The position numbers were made by a program, and so were the translations under genes. A stretch of 63,068 nucleotides of DNA, the filler included, from Reclinomonas americana ATCC 50394 (lineage: Eukaryota): assembly GCA_048213135.1 (NCBI GenBank). It is 8 parts of 3 records of this genome, joined end to end, with 100 filler letters (N's around TTAATTAATTAA, not from the genome) between each part and the next. Parts side by side here need not be neighbours in the genome. Positions count along the whole stretch, not along the records: positions 10,486 to 20,960 come from PS015405.1; positions 21,061 to 37,053 come from PS015405.1; 6 more parts are not named here. One strand, written 5' to 3'. Positions 10,571-23,348 of this stretch are shown in pieces; positions within the stretch are counted from its first letter, which is position 1, and each line of letters opens with the position of its first letter. Below the pieces are notes generated by a model that did no database searches, was not told where the DNA came from, and saw nothing but the letters and a program-made list of their open reading frames with translations.

Positions 10571-13500
10571 CTTGCCTCTGGATATGAGCAGTGCATCACC
10601 GAGATCCTCCACTGTGATGCCCTGCAGCGCCAGTAATCTCATCTCGCCATCGCGATCAGACATCGACGCATCGCCATCCTCTGCAGACGCACTCGCTGCC
10701 TTTTGCTGCAGCACACAAAGACCTTGTCACTAACTAGTCACACCATGCAATGGATTGTTCGACACCAACCTGTAATGTCTCCACCAAATCCACCGCTTGC
10801 CTGGCGGCCGCCACGGCACGACCCGAATCATTCAGCTGCATGCTCGCCCGACACCTCCATCTGCGGCGGCAGCGGTCAATGCTCCAAACGCAGAAGAAGA
10901 GACGCTACGCAAGGGTCTACCTTGCGGCCACACGCTGCATCTCGACATTGCCGGCACTCGTCGCCAAGTCCGCCAGTCGACGGGCCACTTTTTCAGTATT
11001 TCTGTTTGTCGAGCACACGATGAGAACGATCATAGCGTAGACATCGAGCAGACTGTGCCAACTCACTTCATATCATCGAGAGTGCGGGCAAACAAGCTCA
11101 GTTGCACTCGGAGCAATCGCATCTGTTTCGGCACATCTTTCCGTCTCTCAGCCACCCGCAGCTTGTCAGCCAGTTTTCGCAAGCGATGCGAGGCTGCGAA
11201 CAGAGCACGTCTGAGACACTGAATCGCACGACTCGTGAGAGAGGACCTCACCATTCGCTCGTTCACGGGCCATCATATGCAATCCCCACGCCTCTTCTGC
11301 CGTCTCCACATCATCGGGGTAGTGCCGACGCAATCCCGAGTGCGCTTCCTTCAGGATCTTGGCCGCCTGGTTGCATAACAAGCGCGATGAGAGGAGATAG
11401 CGACAGACAATCAAGGTGGCGCACACACCTCCGTGAAGTCGCCCTGTGATATGTACGTTATTCCAAGCTGCATCTTGCTGGTCGACACCCCGCGGTGATC
11501 GTTGCGCATGGCACTTGACTCGATGCTTCGTCTCAAAAACTGGAACAGATGAGGACAGTGAGTCAGCCGAAGCAGGACGGCCAACTGACGACAGAGTCAA
11601 CAAACCTGCAGCGCTTGATCGACATCGCCCGTCTCGCGGTACATGAGGCCAATGTTGTACATGATGCGCGCCACAGCGGCGTCGTCTTTAAGCTGTGCGG
11701 GTGTTGAAGAATGAGGACCAATAAAGAGAGTGACAGAATCAGTGATCACAGCACATTCACCACTCTCCCCGCTTCTATCTCGCCTTGCTGCTCTCGTCTC
11801 GCTGCTCTTGCCTCGCTACTCCCTTGCCTCGCTGGTCTCGCCTCGCTGCCCACACCTCGCTGCTGCTGCCTCGCTGCTCTCTCCCTTCGCTGCTCTATCC
11901 TGTCTCTCGCCTCGCTCCCCTGCGTCGCTCGCCTCGCTGCTACCTCGTCTCGCTGCAGTCGCCTCGCTGCTCTCTCGCTCTCGATTCTCTCTCGTCTCAC
12001 TGACCTTGCCCCGCTGCCCTTGCCTCGCTGCCCTAGCCACGTTGCCTCGCCTCGCTGTTCATTCGCCTCTCTGCTCTCTCACCTCGCTGCTTCGTCTCGC
12101 TGCTGCTCTCGCCTCGTTGCTCTTGCCTCGCTGCTCTTGCCTCGCTGCTCTTGCCTCGCTGCTCTTGCCTCGCTGCTCTTGCCTCGCTGCTCTTGCCTCG
12201 CTGCTCTTGCCTCGCTGCTCTTGCCTCACTGCGCTAGCCTCACTGCTCTTGCCTCGTTGCGCTCGCCTTGCTGCTCTTGCCTCGTTGCTCTGTCGCCTCG
12301 CTGCTCTCGTTCTCGCTGCTGCTCTCGCCTCGCTGCTCTTGCCTCGCTGCTCTTGCCTCGTTGCGCTTGCCTCGCTGCTCTTGCCTCGTTGCGCTCGCCT
12401 CGCTGCTCTTGCCTCGTTGCCTTCGCTTCCCTGCTCTCCTTTTCTCTTTCCTTTTCTCTCCCTCTCTCCATCCTTCTCCCTTCATCTCTCTCTCCCCGTT
12501 TCCCTCTTCTCACCTGCCGGTACGTCTTCATCGCATCACTGTAATACTCCATGGCGGCCGACACATTGCGCCGCGCCGCATGCACATCCCCCAAATTGCC
12601 ATACAGATCCGCAATGTGCTGATCGCTCTCCCGCGCCGGCAGCGACAGCTGCTGAATCACACTAATGCCACGCTCATAAAACGACTCGGCCTGCGAGAAA
12701 TGCCACTCGCGCAGACTCATGCCCGCCGGCCTCTTGCCATCCTCCGCGTCCTTGCGCAACAGCGGCTCATCGTCGTCGTCGTCATCCTCCTGTTCCGCGT
12801 CCACATCGCCGTCTTCGTCGTCGTCGGCGCCGTCGGCCAGCGATTCGGCAATGCTGCGATCGCACAGGGGAGTTGGAGATCGAACGACGAGGAGAACGAA
12901 GAGAAACGAACAGACCTGAGGTGCGCATTGCCGAGGCACACGTACGCACGCTGAATCTCGGCGGCGTCGGGGATGGAGCGGGCGAGGCGCAGGTATCGGC
13001 GGTACATGCGCAGGGCGAGCCAGACGTTGTGCAGGGCCAGGCGCACGTCGCCAATGTTGCGGTAGGCGATGCCCTCGCCGCGGATGTCGCGGGTGGCCTG
13101 TGCGAGAAGGGGGAGAAGGGGGGAGAAGGGGGAGAAGGGGGGAGAAGGGGGGAGAAGGGGGAGAAGGGGGAGAAGGGGGAGAAGGGGGAGAAGGGGGAGG
13201 GAGATGAGAAGGAGGGAAAGGGGAAGGGAGAGAGTGCAAGAAAAGAATGCTTCGCGGCATGTACACAAAGGCACATAGGAGAGGCAAGAGAGTGAATTGG
13301 AGAAGGAAGGACAGCTCGAAACACGCAGGTGAGAGGTGAAACGTGATGCGTGTGGCAAAGCTGATCTGCGATGTAGAGAAGCGTGCAAGAAGAAGGAGAG
13401 TGATAGGTGGCAATAAGACGGAGGTGCGACGAGGCGAGAGGACGTGTCAAACGACTTCAAGGCAACGGGAGAACCATGCAGGTGAAACATGTGCGAGAAG

Positions 13501-13895
13501 CGTGTGGCGAAGCTGATCTGCGATGAAGCGCAGCGTGCAAGAAGAAGAGCGGAAAAGAGACAGAGGCGCGACGAAGCGAGGAAAAAGAGAGCTGGACAAG
13601 TTGATGTGTCATCGGAGCTCAAGAACATGCGCGAACGGAGCAAGGTGAAGTGTGTGACGAGCTGATCTAGGATGAAGCGTGAGCGATGCACACTGCAGAC
13701 AGCACGGGAGCCAGAGGGTGTGTGACGAGAGAGTGGCACGAGCGGAGCGCGCACAATGAGAGACAACGAGATTCTGAGAGAGAAAGCCAGTCATCAACAG
13801 CGATCTCATGCACCACTCAACTCGACACAAGTGAGCGTCCATGCGGTGGTACTCCAGCGCCCGCCTGTTATCACCTTGCTCAGCATACAATCGCC
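10571..13895 (-). CDS. TONSL: TONSOKU/TONSL-like N-terminal TPR region (multi-exon, 5' end in gap)
   Basis: Exons translate to RLYAEQGDNRRALEYHRMD, GEGIAYRNIGDV..YRRYLRLARSIPDAAEIQRAYVCLGNAHL, LYGNLGDV, MYNIGLMY; resembles the TONSL/TSK TPR pattern E.QRA...LG..H/Y. Confidence 0.7.
11780..12430. repeat. Intronic 14-bp minisatellite (CCTCGCTGCTCTTG)n
   Basis: Tandem copies visible; accounts for the spurious LAALASLL ORFs. Confidence 0.9.
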
Positions 13896-13963
13896 CTGTC
13901 AACGACACTCAGAGTGAGACAACTGTCGGAGATGCACGCAACGGCAAAGAAGAGGCCCACGTG

Positions 13964-14046
<83 letters not shown>

Positions 14047-14731
14047 NNNNNNNNNNNNNNNNNNNNNNNNNNNNNNNNNNNNNNNNNNNNNNNNNNNNNN
14101 NNNNNNNNNNNNNNNNNNNNNNNNNNNNNNNNNNNNNNNNNNNNNNNNNNNNNNNNNNNNNNNNNNNNNNNNNNNNNNNNNNNNNNNNNNNNNNNNNNNN
14201 NNNNNNNNNNNNNNNNNNNNNNNNNNNNNNNNNNNNNNNNNNNNNNNNNNNNNNNNNNNNNNNNNNNNNNNNNNNNNNNNNNNNNNNNNNNNNNNNNNNN
14301 NNNNNNNNNNNNNNNNNNNNNNNNNNNNNNNNNNNNNNNNNNNNNNNNNNNNNNNNNNNNNNNNNNNNNNNNNNNNNNNNNNNNNNNNNNNNNNNNNNNN
14401 NNNNNNNNNNNNNNNNNNNNNNNNNNNNNNNNNNNNNNNNNNNNNNNNNNNNNNNNNNNNNNNNNNNNNNNNNNNNNNNNNNNNNNNNNNNNNNNNNNNN
14501 NNNNNNNNNNNNNNNNNNNNNNNNNNNNNNNNNNNNNNNNNNNNNNNNNNNNNNNNNNNNNNNNNNNNNNNNNNNNNNNNNNNNNNNNNNNNNNNNNNNN
14601 NNNNNNNNNNNNNNNNNNNNNNNNNNNNNNNNNNNNNNNNNNNNNNNNNNNNNNNNNNNNNNNNNNNNNNNNNNNNNNNNNNNNNNNNNNNNNNNNNNNN
14701 NNNNNNNNNNNNNNNNNNNNNNNNNNNNNNN

Positions 14732-15769
14732 CCACGTCGGCAAGCAACGCCGTCATCTCCATGCCAGTTATCGCCACCGGAGCCCTGTCTCCACCGGTGA
14801 AGCGCAGTCGGCGCACGTCTCCAGTGGTCTCTTCTCGTGTCACCGCAGATCGTGGCAGGCCTCTGCCACAGCCGCTGGGCCGACAGCTGCTCTCCCCTCA
14901 CAGTGGCAACTGGGCGTGTGACACGTTCGCGAGCGCGACAACTCCACCTCGTACCAGGTGTCGTTCACCACCGCAGCCGCCAATCATGCCCGCAGCTCGG
15001 CAGCCAGCGATTGCATCCGACAACCATCTGCTGCATGCGGCGGTGGTTATCTAGCAGTGCCGATGATGGAGACGACGAGGTCAAGGATCTCGAGCTCGAG
15101 GACAGCGAGAACGATTACGATCGAGAAGTGCTAGTCGCTGGCGATGTGGACAGCTCCGATGTGTATGAGGATGAGGATGACATGACGCCTCGATCGCGAG
15201 TTAAGGCTGCTCGATTGATAGTACGCGCAGCCGGCCGGGCCAAGGCACCGACAAGGCTGCGCGTGCAAGCGCAAGAGCCACAGCGGCTACTACCACCGAT
15301 GATGTCGTTCACATACCGCGTTATTCACGGAGCAACTGCTGCGGTTGATTGCACTGGTTGCGTTTCGAGTCGTCATGACATTGTGGTCAGGTTGTCGTGT
15401 CTATGGCTCTGACCAGCTGATTGGCAGGTGCGCGTGCAGGTACTGGTGGCAGCAGTCTTGGATGCTGCTCAAGGGCTGTCTCCGTGAGCTCTTGCCCTCT
15501 CGCTCTTCCTCTTCAATGCATCGATGAGTGAAGAGCGGCAGTTTCTCTTTACTCTCACCCATCAAGATTGCGCTGACGACGGTGACCGATCGCGCGCTGC
15601 AGACCATCTCTGTATCCAGTGTACGGGCCGCCTACTCATCGGCGCCGGTTACCACGACCTTGCACGCTGCAATAGCCTCACGCTCTCCCACGCCGGACTG
15701 AAGCGTTCTGTAGACTGCGTGCCTCATCGTCGCTGGTGTGAAGCAATCCGATGCTTCTGGATACCGACA
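14732..15769 (+). other. Possible coding fragment of an unknown gene between gaps
   Basis: GC-rich, acidic stretch DDGDDEVKDLELEDSENDYD and a Cys-containing ORF; no coherent model. Confidence 0.25.
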
Positions 15770-16000
15770 NNNNNNNNNNNNNNNNNNNNNNNNNNNNNNN
15801 NNNNNNNNNNNNNNNNNNNNNNNNNNNNNNNNNNNNNNNNNNNNNNNNNNNNNNNNNNNNNNNNNNNNNNNNNNNNNNNNNNNNNNNNNNNNNNNNNNNN
15901 NNNNNNNNNNNNNNNNNNNNNNNNNNNNNNNNNNNNNNNNNNNNNNNNNNNNNNNNNNNNNNNNNNNNNNNNNNNNNNNNNNNNNNNNNNNNNNNNNNNN

Positions 16001-16600
16001 AGGAGAAGAGAGGAGAAGGGAGGGGAAGGCAGGAGGAGGCAGGAGAAGAGAGGAGGAGGCAGGAGAAGGCAGGAGAAGAGAAGAGAAGGGAGAAGGGAGG
16101 AGAAGGGATATGAAGGGAGGAGAAGGCAGGAGATGGCAGGAGAAGGGAGGGAAGGCAGGAGAAGAGAAGAGAAGGGAGGGGAAGGCAGGAGAAAGCAGAA
16201 GGAGGCAGGGGAAGAGAAGAGAAGGGAGGGGAAGGCAGGAGAAGGGAGGGGAAGGCAGGAGAAGGCAGGAGAACGGAGGAGATGGCAGGAGAAGGGATGT
16301 GAAGGGAGGAGGAGGCAGGAGAAGGCAGGAGGAGGGAGGAGAAGGGATAGGAAGGGAGGAGGAGGGAGGAGGAGGCAGGAGAAGGGAGGAGAAGGCAGGA
16401 GAAAGCAGGAGAAGAGAAGAGAAGGCAGGAGAAAGCAGGAGACGGGAGGAGAAGGCAGGAGAAGAGAGGAGGAGGGAGGAGAAGGCAGGAGGAGGCAGGA
16501 GAAGGGGGGAGAAGGGAGGAGAAGAGAGGAGAAGGGAGAAGAAGGCAGGAGAACAGAGAGGAGAAGGGATGAGAAGGCAGGAGGAGAAAGGAGAAAGCAG
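16001..16600. repeat. Purine-rich minisatellite (GGAGAAGGCA/GGAGAAGGGA variants)
   Basis: Tandem ~10-bp units. Confidence 0.85.
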
Positions 16601-16764
16601 GCGACCAAGGCATCATTGCCGGTGTGTGTGTGTGTTCAACATACACACGACACATGCACGCGCGCACTAACCTCCGCTCAGTGTTCGAGTTGTCTTCTCT
16701 CACACATCACTGAGGAAAGAAATTCCCGCCAAGGCTCCCAACCAATGCGAATTTTATAGTCGTA

Positions 16765-17060
16765 ACGGTCCCTTTAATGTCGACGATGTTTCGTGCTCTC
16801 CTTTGTTCTCTCCCACTCTCTCCCTCACGCGCTCACCTCTTTTTTGCTTGCTTTTTCTTCAGATGATTGAGAGACTGGAGAGTGGGCAGTGGCTGAAGGA
16901 GGCGGAGATTGAGTGGTTGTGTCGACGCGTGGTGGAGTTGCTCGTTGATGAGGGAAATGTGGTTCCGCATGCGCTGGAGCCGCCGTTGACGATTGTGGGA
17001 GCAATGCGAAGGAGGGAGAAGAGCGTGCATTGTTCCTTGGTGTTCAGCTGTGCACACGTA
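16765..17060 (+). pseudogene. Degenerate tandem duplicate of exons 1-2 of the PPP-like gene
   Basis: Near-identical to 17185-17480 (MIERLESGQWLKEAEIEW...) but no in-frame ATG at the homologous start, a 6-nt insertion, and the exon-2 donor is lost. Confidence 0.75.
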
Positions 17061-17184
17061 TTGTAGTGTGCATGCAGGCAATGCTGAAGCCGCACGGTGA
17101 TGTTTTTTCTCCGCACGACACGAAAGTGACGTCATGCGCGACGATTTGTCCACCGTCACTTTTATCTCACGCGCTGAGTGGAGA

Positions 17185-17615
17185 ATGCTGACCTTCAATG
17201 TCGACGATGTTATGTGCTCACCATAGTTCTCTCCCCACTCTCTCCCTCACGCGCTCACCTCTTTTTTTGCTTGCTTTCTGCAGATGATTGAGAGACTGGA
17301 GAGTGGGCAGTGGCTGAAGGAGGCGGAGATTGAGTGGTTGTGTCGACGCGTGGTGGAGTTGCTGGTTGATGAGGGAAATGTGGTTGCGCTGGAGCCGCCG
17401 TTGACGATTGTGGGAGCGATTCGAGGGTGTGTGTGAGAGAAGAGCGTGCATTGTTCCTTGGTGTTTCTGTTGTGCACACGTGTTGGTGTGTGTGCGTGTG
17501 TGGGAGAGAGTCGTGCTCTCTCTCACTCTCTCACGCACATTCTCGCACACATCTCTTCAAACTCGGAAGAGAGAATACACTGTAATCAAACCTGCTTGCT
17601 GTCTTTCTCTCTCTC

Positions 17616-17656
<41 letters not shown>

Positions 17657-20600
17657 NNNNNNNNNNNNNNNNNNNNNNNNNNNNNNNNNNNNNNNNNNNN
17701 NNNNNNNNNNNNNNNNNNNNNNNNNNNNNNNNNNNNNNNNNNNNNNNNNNNNNNNNNNNNNNNNNNNNNNNNNNNNNNNNNNNNNNNNNNNNNNNNNNNN
17801 NNNNNNNNNNNNNNNNNNNNNNNNNNNNNNNNNNTCATTCTCCTTGTTCATTTCCTTGCTTTGCTCTTCTCCCCTCACTTCTCCCCGTCTCACAGGCAAT
17901 ACGAAGACCTGCTGGAGATGTTCCACGTCTCTGGTCGCGTGCCCGACGTCAACTTCCTCTTCCTTGGTGATTACTCGTCGGCCGAGCGCACCAGTAGTGT
18001 GCAAGTGTTGTCGCTGTTGTGTGCATACAAGGTGAGCGTGATGAAAGACATAGCGCATATGAATATCATTCTTCTCCTCCCGCTCGCTGTGCTCCCTCTC
18101 CGCTCTCGCTCTGCGCTCCCTCTCCGCTCTCGCTCTCTGCTCGTCTCTCCGCTCTCGCTCTCTGCTCGTCTCTCCGCTCTCGCTCTCTGCTCGTCTCTCC
18201 GCTCTCGCTCTCTGCTCGTCTCTCCGCTCTCGCTCTCTGCTCGTCTCTCCGCTCTCGCTCTCTGCTCGTCTCTCCGCTGTCGCTGTGCTCCCTCTCCGCT
18301 GTCGCTCTGCTCCCTTTCTCCGCTGTCGCTCTGCTCCCTTTCTCCGCTGTCGCTCCGCTCCCTTTCTCCGCTCTCGCTCCGCTCCCTTTCTCCGCTCTCG
18401 CTCCGCTCACCCCCCCTTGCTCTCCTCCTCCCTCACCTCCCCTTTCCCCCTTTCCCCCCTTCCCCCTTTCCCCCCTTCCCTCTTTCCCCCCTTCCCCTTA
18501 TCCCCAGGTACGGCACCCCGCCCGCGTCACCTTCCTCCGCGGCATCTTCGAGAGCGCCGAGATGAGCCGCATCTACGGCTTCTACCACGAATGCCTGCAC
18601 AAGTACGGCACCGAGGCCGTGTGGAGAGCCTTTGCCAGCATGTTTGACTATCTGCCACTGGCGGCGGTGGTGGGCGGCAAGATCTTTTGTGTGCATGGCG
18701 GGTGCGTCACTCTACGACAATTGAGAGTTGTGCCGGCAGTGGAGTTCATCGTGCTGCTTCTGCAGACCATCACTCGAGGCGCGAACCCTCGAACAGATGC
18801 GCCTCGTTGACCGCTTCTGTGATCACGCCTGCTCCTCCGACCCAGCGCTGACGCAGCTCGTCTGGTCGATACCCAGCGAGATGCTCGTGGGCGGGCAGGT
18901 GCATGTTCTATTCTGCACGACAGACGAAATAGTTTACTCATTCATGCACAACGCAGAATGCGCCTTCATCTCGCGGCCTCGGAGTCGTGTACGGCTCCGA
19001 CACCGTGTCACAGTTCTTGCGCGCCAACTCTCTCCGGCACATCATCTGCACGGGTCAGCTGTGTGTCGAGGGCTACAAGGTACATGCAGAGAAGACAGAG
19101 AAGACAGCTCAGCTCCTTTTCTCGCGTCTCCCTCGCGCTGTCGCCTCGTCCCTCGCGCTGTCGCCTCGTCCCTCGCGCTGTCGCCTCGTCCCTCGCGCTG
19201 TCGCCTCGTCCCTCGCGCTGTCGCCTCGTCCCTCTCGTGCTGTCGCCTCGTCCCTCTCGTGCTGTCGCCTCGTCCCTCGTGCTGCCGCCTCGTCCCTCGT
19301 GCTGCCGCCTCGTCCCTCGCGCTGTCGCCTCGTCTCCTCGTGCTGTCGCCTCGTCCCTCGTGCTGCCGCCTCGTCCCTCGTGCTGCCGCCTCGTCCCTCG
19401 TGCTGCCGCCTCGTCCCTCGTGCTGCCGCCTCGTCCCTCGCGCTGTCGCCTCGTCCCTCGTGCTGTCGCCTCGTCCCTCGCGCTGTCGCCTTGTCCCTCG
19501 CGCTGTCGCCTCATCTCTCGTTCTGTCTCCTCGTCCCTCGCTCTGTCTCCTCGTCCCTCGCTCTGTCGCCTCTCGTCCCTCGCTCTGTCGCCTCGTCCCT
19601 CTCGTGCTGTCGCCTCGTCTCTCTCGTGCTGTCGCCTCGTCTCTCTCGTGCTGTCGCCTCGTCTCTCTCGTGCTGTCGCCTCGTCTCCTCGTGCTGTCGC
19701 CTCGTCCCTCGCGCTGTCGCCTCGTCCCTCTCGTTCTGTCGCCTCGTCTCTCTCGTTCTGTCGCCTCGTCTCTCTCGTTCTGTCGCCTCGTCTCTCTCGT
19801 TCTGTCGCCTCGTCCCTCTCGTGCTGTCGTCTCTCTCTCTCTCTNNNNNNNNNNNNNNNNNNNNNNNNNNNNNNNNNNNNNNNNNNNNNNNNNNNNNNNN
19901 NNNNNNNNNNNNNNNNNNNNNNNNNNNNNNNNNNNNNNNNNNNNNNNNNNNNNNNNNNNNNNNNNNNNNNNNNNNNNNNNNNNNNNNNNNNNNNNNNNNN
20001 NNNNNNNNNNNNNNNNNNNNNNNNCCTCCTTCCACATCCTTACTTCCTCTCTCCGTTTCCCCTTCCTCCCTCTCCCCTTCCTCCCTTTCTCATCCTCTCC
20101 TTCCTTGACATGCAGCGCCTCTTCGGCGGCCAGCTCACCATCCTGTGGTCGGCGGCGCACTTTGGCTCACACGCCGGCAACCTGGCCGCCGTGATCGAAG
20201 TGAGCGACGACGGCACCATGACCCCGAACGTGTTCTGGGAGCACCCCTCACCAGCCGTCGCCCGCCACCTCTCCCCGCACTGGCACCCGGCCGACCTCTC
20301 CGACGAGCACACGCGGCACATGCTCGAGCGAGTGGTGATTCAGAAGAAGGGCAGGTGTGTGCGCTGAACTCGCCCACCCTGTCTCTATTTGCTTCAATGC
20401 CTGACCCTCTCTGCGCGCAGCTCATCCTCATCCAAGGAGGCAGCGGCGGCGGCAGCAGCGGCCGCAGCGGCTGCGAGTGGAAGCGGAGGAGCGTCGTCGT
20501 CGGGAAGCGCCGGAGCTGGCGGAAGCAGTGGCGCAAGTGGCAGCGGCACCGGCGGTGCTGGCGGCAGTGGTAGTGCGGCGGCTGGAGGGAGCGGCGGCGG

Positions 20601-20814
20601 CGGTGGTGCGAGCGGCAGCGGTGGAGCAAGTGGGTCCGGCAGTGGCAGCGGGTCGTCATCGGCGGCCGGCGGCTCGCAGCGCAAAGTCAAGCCGGACACG
20701 GCGCAAACGGTGGGTGTGGTGCGCTCGTTTGGCAGCAGCACCATGCACCCGCTGCTGCCGCACCCACCCGAACCGAAACTCATGCCGTTTGAGTTGCCAG
20801 GGTACTTGATGTAA
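17185..20814 (+). CDS. PP2A/PP4/PP6-family catalytic-subunit homologue, predicted pseudophosphatase, with Gly/Ser/Ala insertion near the C-terminus
   Basis: Exons 17185-17208, 17284-17426, 17896-18031, 18508-18701, 18766-18898, 18957-19079, 20116-20354, 20421-20814; motifs FLFLGDY, YGFYHECLHKYG, FDYLPLAAVVGGKIFCVHGG. Confidence 0.85.
18080..18410. repeat. Intronic minisatellite (CTCCGCTCTCGCTCTCTGCTCGTCT-like, ~25 bp)
   Basis: Tandem copies. Confidence 0.85.
19125..19830. repeat. Intronic 20-bp minisatellite (CCTCGCGCTGTCGCCTCGTC)n
   Basis: Tandem copies with variants. Confidence 0.9.
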
Positions 20815-21135
20815 CAAATGAACAACATGTGGTGTGACACGAGTGTGTTTTCTGTACGATCAGCATTCACTAGCGGGGGGCCAAACACAAACACAGGCTG
20901 AATGGATACGAAAGAGAGATAGGAGAGAGATATAGGAGTGGTCATTAGAGGGGTGTAGTANNNNNNNNNNNNNNNNNNNNNNNNNNNNNNNNNNNNNNNN
21001 NNNNTTAATTAATTAANNNNNNNNNNNNNNNNNNNNNNNNNNNNNNNNNNNNNNNNNNNNGCACAAACACGCAGACTCTGCACAAGTCTCTCTCTTCCTC
21101 TCTCCCTTCCCCCCACCACCCACTCTCTCACTCAC

Positions 21136-21992
21136 CGCGTGCTAAAGATCTCCGAGTCGTAGGACTTTTGCTGGCCAAAGCCGCCGTCCTCGTTGCGCAG
21201 CGTGTAGAGGAACTGCACGGCGTTCTCGACTTCGATCTTGTGCGCCTGGCCGAGCACAGCGCTCACAAACAACGCGCGGTACGTGGCATCGGCCGACGAC
21301 TGCCGTTGCGAGTCGAGCTGGAAGCCGCCGTCAGAGTTCTGGCGGTCGGCCAGCGTCGACAAGTCGCCGAACTGCGCGGAAGGAGAAGGAGGAGGAGAGT
21401 GAGCAACAAGACGGGGGGAAAAGGGGAGTGAGACAACACACGCGCGGACATGTGTGACATTTGTGCGACAACACGCAAAACACAAAACACACACAAAGAG
21501 AGACGCGCGTGCNNNNNNNNNNNNNNNNNNNNNNNNNNNNNNNNNNNNNNNNNNNNNNNNNNNNNNNNNNNNNNNNNNNNNNNNNNNNNNNNNNNNNNNN
21601 NNNNNNNNNNNNNNNNNNNNNNNNNNNNNNNNNNNNNNNNNNNNNNNNNNNNNNNNNNNNNNNNNNNNNNNNNNNNNNNNNNNNNNNNNNNNNNNNNNNN
21701 NNNNNNNNNNNNNNNNNNNNNNNNNNNNNNNNNNNNNNNNNNNNNNNNNNNNNNNNNNNNNNNNNNNNNNNNNNNNNNNNNNNNNNNNNNNNNNNNNNNN
21801 NNNNNNNNNNNNNNNNNNNNNNNNNNNNNNNNNNNNNNNNNNNNNNNNNNNNNNNNNNNNNNNNNNNNNNNNNNNNNNNNNNNNNNNGCAAGAGCAGAGC
21901 GTGTGTGTGTGCGCGCGTGTGCATTCTACACTCACCGCGGCCACAATGCAGCACAGCAGCACTGCCAACAACAACAACACTCGCGCCTGCAT
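21136..21992 (-). CDS. Signal-peptide protein with prenyltransferase/squalene-oxidase-like repeats (5' part only)
   Basis: MQARVLLLLAVLLCCIVAA signal-like exon; later exon has QNSDGGF and LRNEDGGFG repeat motifs; 3' end lost at linker. Confidence 0.65.
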
Positions 21993-22070
21993 GGCAAACG
22001 ATGGACAAATGAGCGCGCCGAATCACGCGTCAGTCGAGTGCAGCGGACCGTGGAATCAAACCACAAGAAA

Positions 22071-22502
22071 ATGTTGTACATTGCGCGACGGCTGTTCTCC
22101 TCCTCGCATGCGTGGATGCACAAGGGCGCGCCGCATGCCGGGCGCGTGGCGGTGGTGACGGGTGGCGCGCGCGGGATTGGTCGGTTCGTGATAATATATC
22201 GAGTTGTCCGCGATGTAATCAACTCACACTGTACATCGCGCCAGCGCTGTATGTGAGGAACTGTATCGCGGAGGTGCGTCGATTGTGTGCTTGGATGCGG
22301 ACAAGGCCGGGGCGGAGCGGGTGGCGGATGAGCTGGGGCGTGCGAGGGCGATGGGGAGGGCAGTGGATGTGAGCAAGTCGGAGGAATTGGAGGCGGCGGT
22401 GGGGGAGGCGGTGCGGCGGTTTGGTGGGGTGCATGTGCTGGTGAATTGTGCGGGGGTGTTGAGGCCGACGCATGCGATTGACATTAGCGATGAGGAGTGG
22501 CG
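22071..22502 (+). CDS. Short-chain dehydrogenase/reductase, 5' part
   Basis: VAVVTGGARGIG (TGxxxGxG), VDVS, LVNCAG; N-terminus MLYIARRLFSSS resembles a mitochondrial presequence. Confidence 0.85.
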
Positions 22503-22892
22503 GTGGGTGCGTAATAGGGGAAGGGCGGAGAGGGGAAGGGATGGGAGGGGAAGAGGGGGGAAGGGGGGAGAGGGGGAGGTTAGAGGAGGGGTGAGGGAAG
22601 GGAGAGAGAGAGAGAGGTATTCTNNNNNNNNNNNNNNNNNNNNNNNNNNNNNNNNNNNNNNNNNNNNNNNNNNNNNNNNNNNNNNNNNNNNNNNNNNNNN
22701 NNNNNNNNNNNNNNNNNNNNNNNNNNNNNNNNNNNNNNNNNNNNNNNNNNNNNNNNNNNNNNNNNNNNNNNNNNNNNNNNNNNNNNNNNNNNNNNNNNNN
22801 NNNNNNNNNNNNNNNNNNNNNNNNNNNNNNNNNNNNNNNNNNNNNNNNNNNNNNNNNNNNNNNNNNNNNNNNNNNNNNNNNNTCCCTCCCTC

Positions 22893-22951
<59 letters not shown>

Positions 22952-23348
22952 GTGTGTGCATCTCTGCATGACTGGCTGCGGATGCATATGTCTGTGTTTG
23001 TTTTTGTATTCGTATGCATGTCTCTCTCTCACTTTCTGCGTTTGTTCGTGCCTGATGAATGGATCCGATCATGTGTTTGTGTTTGTGTTTGCGTGTCTCC
23101 TTGTGTGCATGTGCTTGTATACATGTGTTGAATCTGCTTGTTTCAATGTCTGTCTGTGAATGGATGCATTTGTGTATACATGGATGCGTGTATACCCTCT
23201 CTCTCTCTCATTCCCTCTGCCCCTCTTCTCTCTCTCCATCCTCACTCTCCCTCATCTCTCACTTGTCTCTCTCTCGTCCTCTGTTCTCCTCTGTCCCTTT
23301 CTTTCTCTTTCCCTTTGTCCCTCTCCTCCCCTTCCTCGTTGTCACGAG

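Noticed and set aside
11711..12665. Long ORFs of LAALASLL/ERERER/SLSLSL type, and X-filled ORFs across the window
   Set aside because: Translations of intronic mini/microsatellites or N gaps
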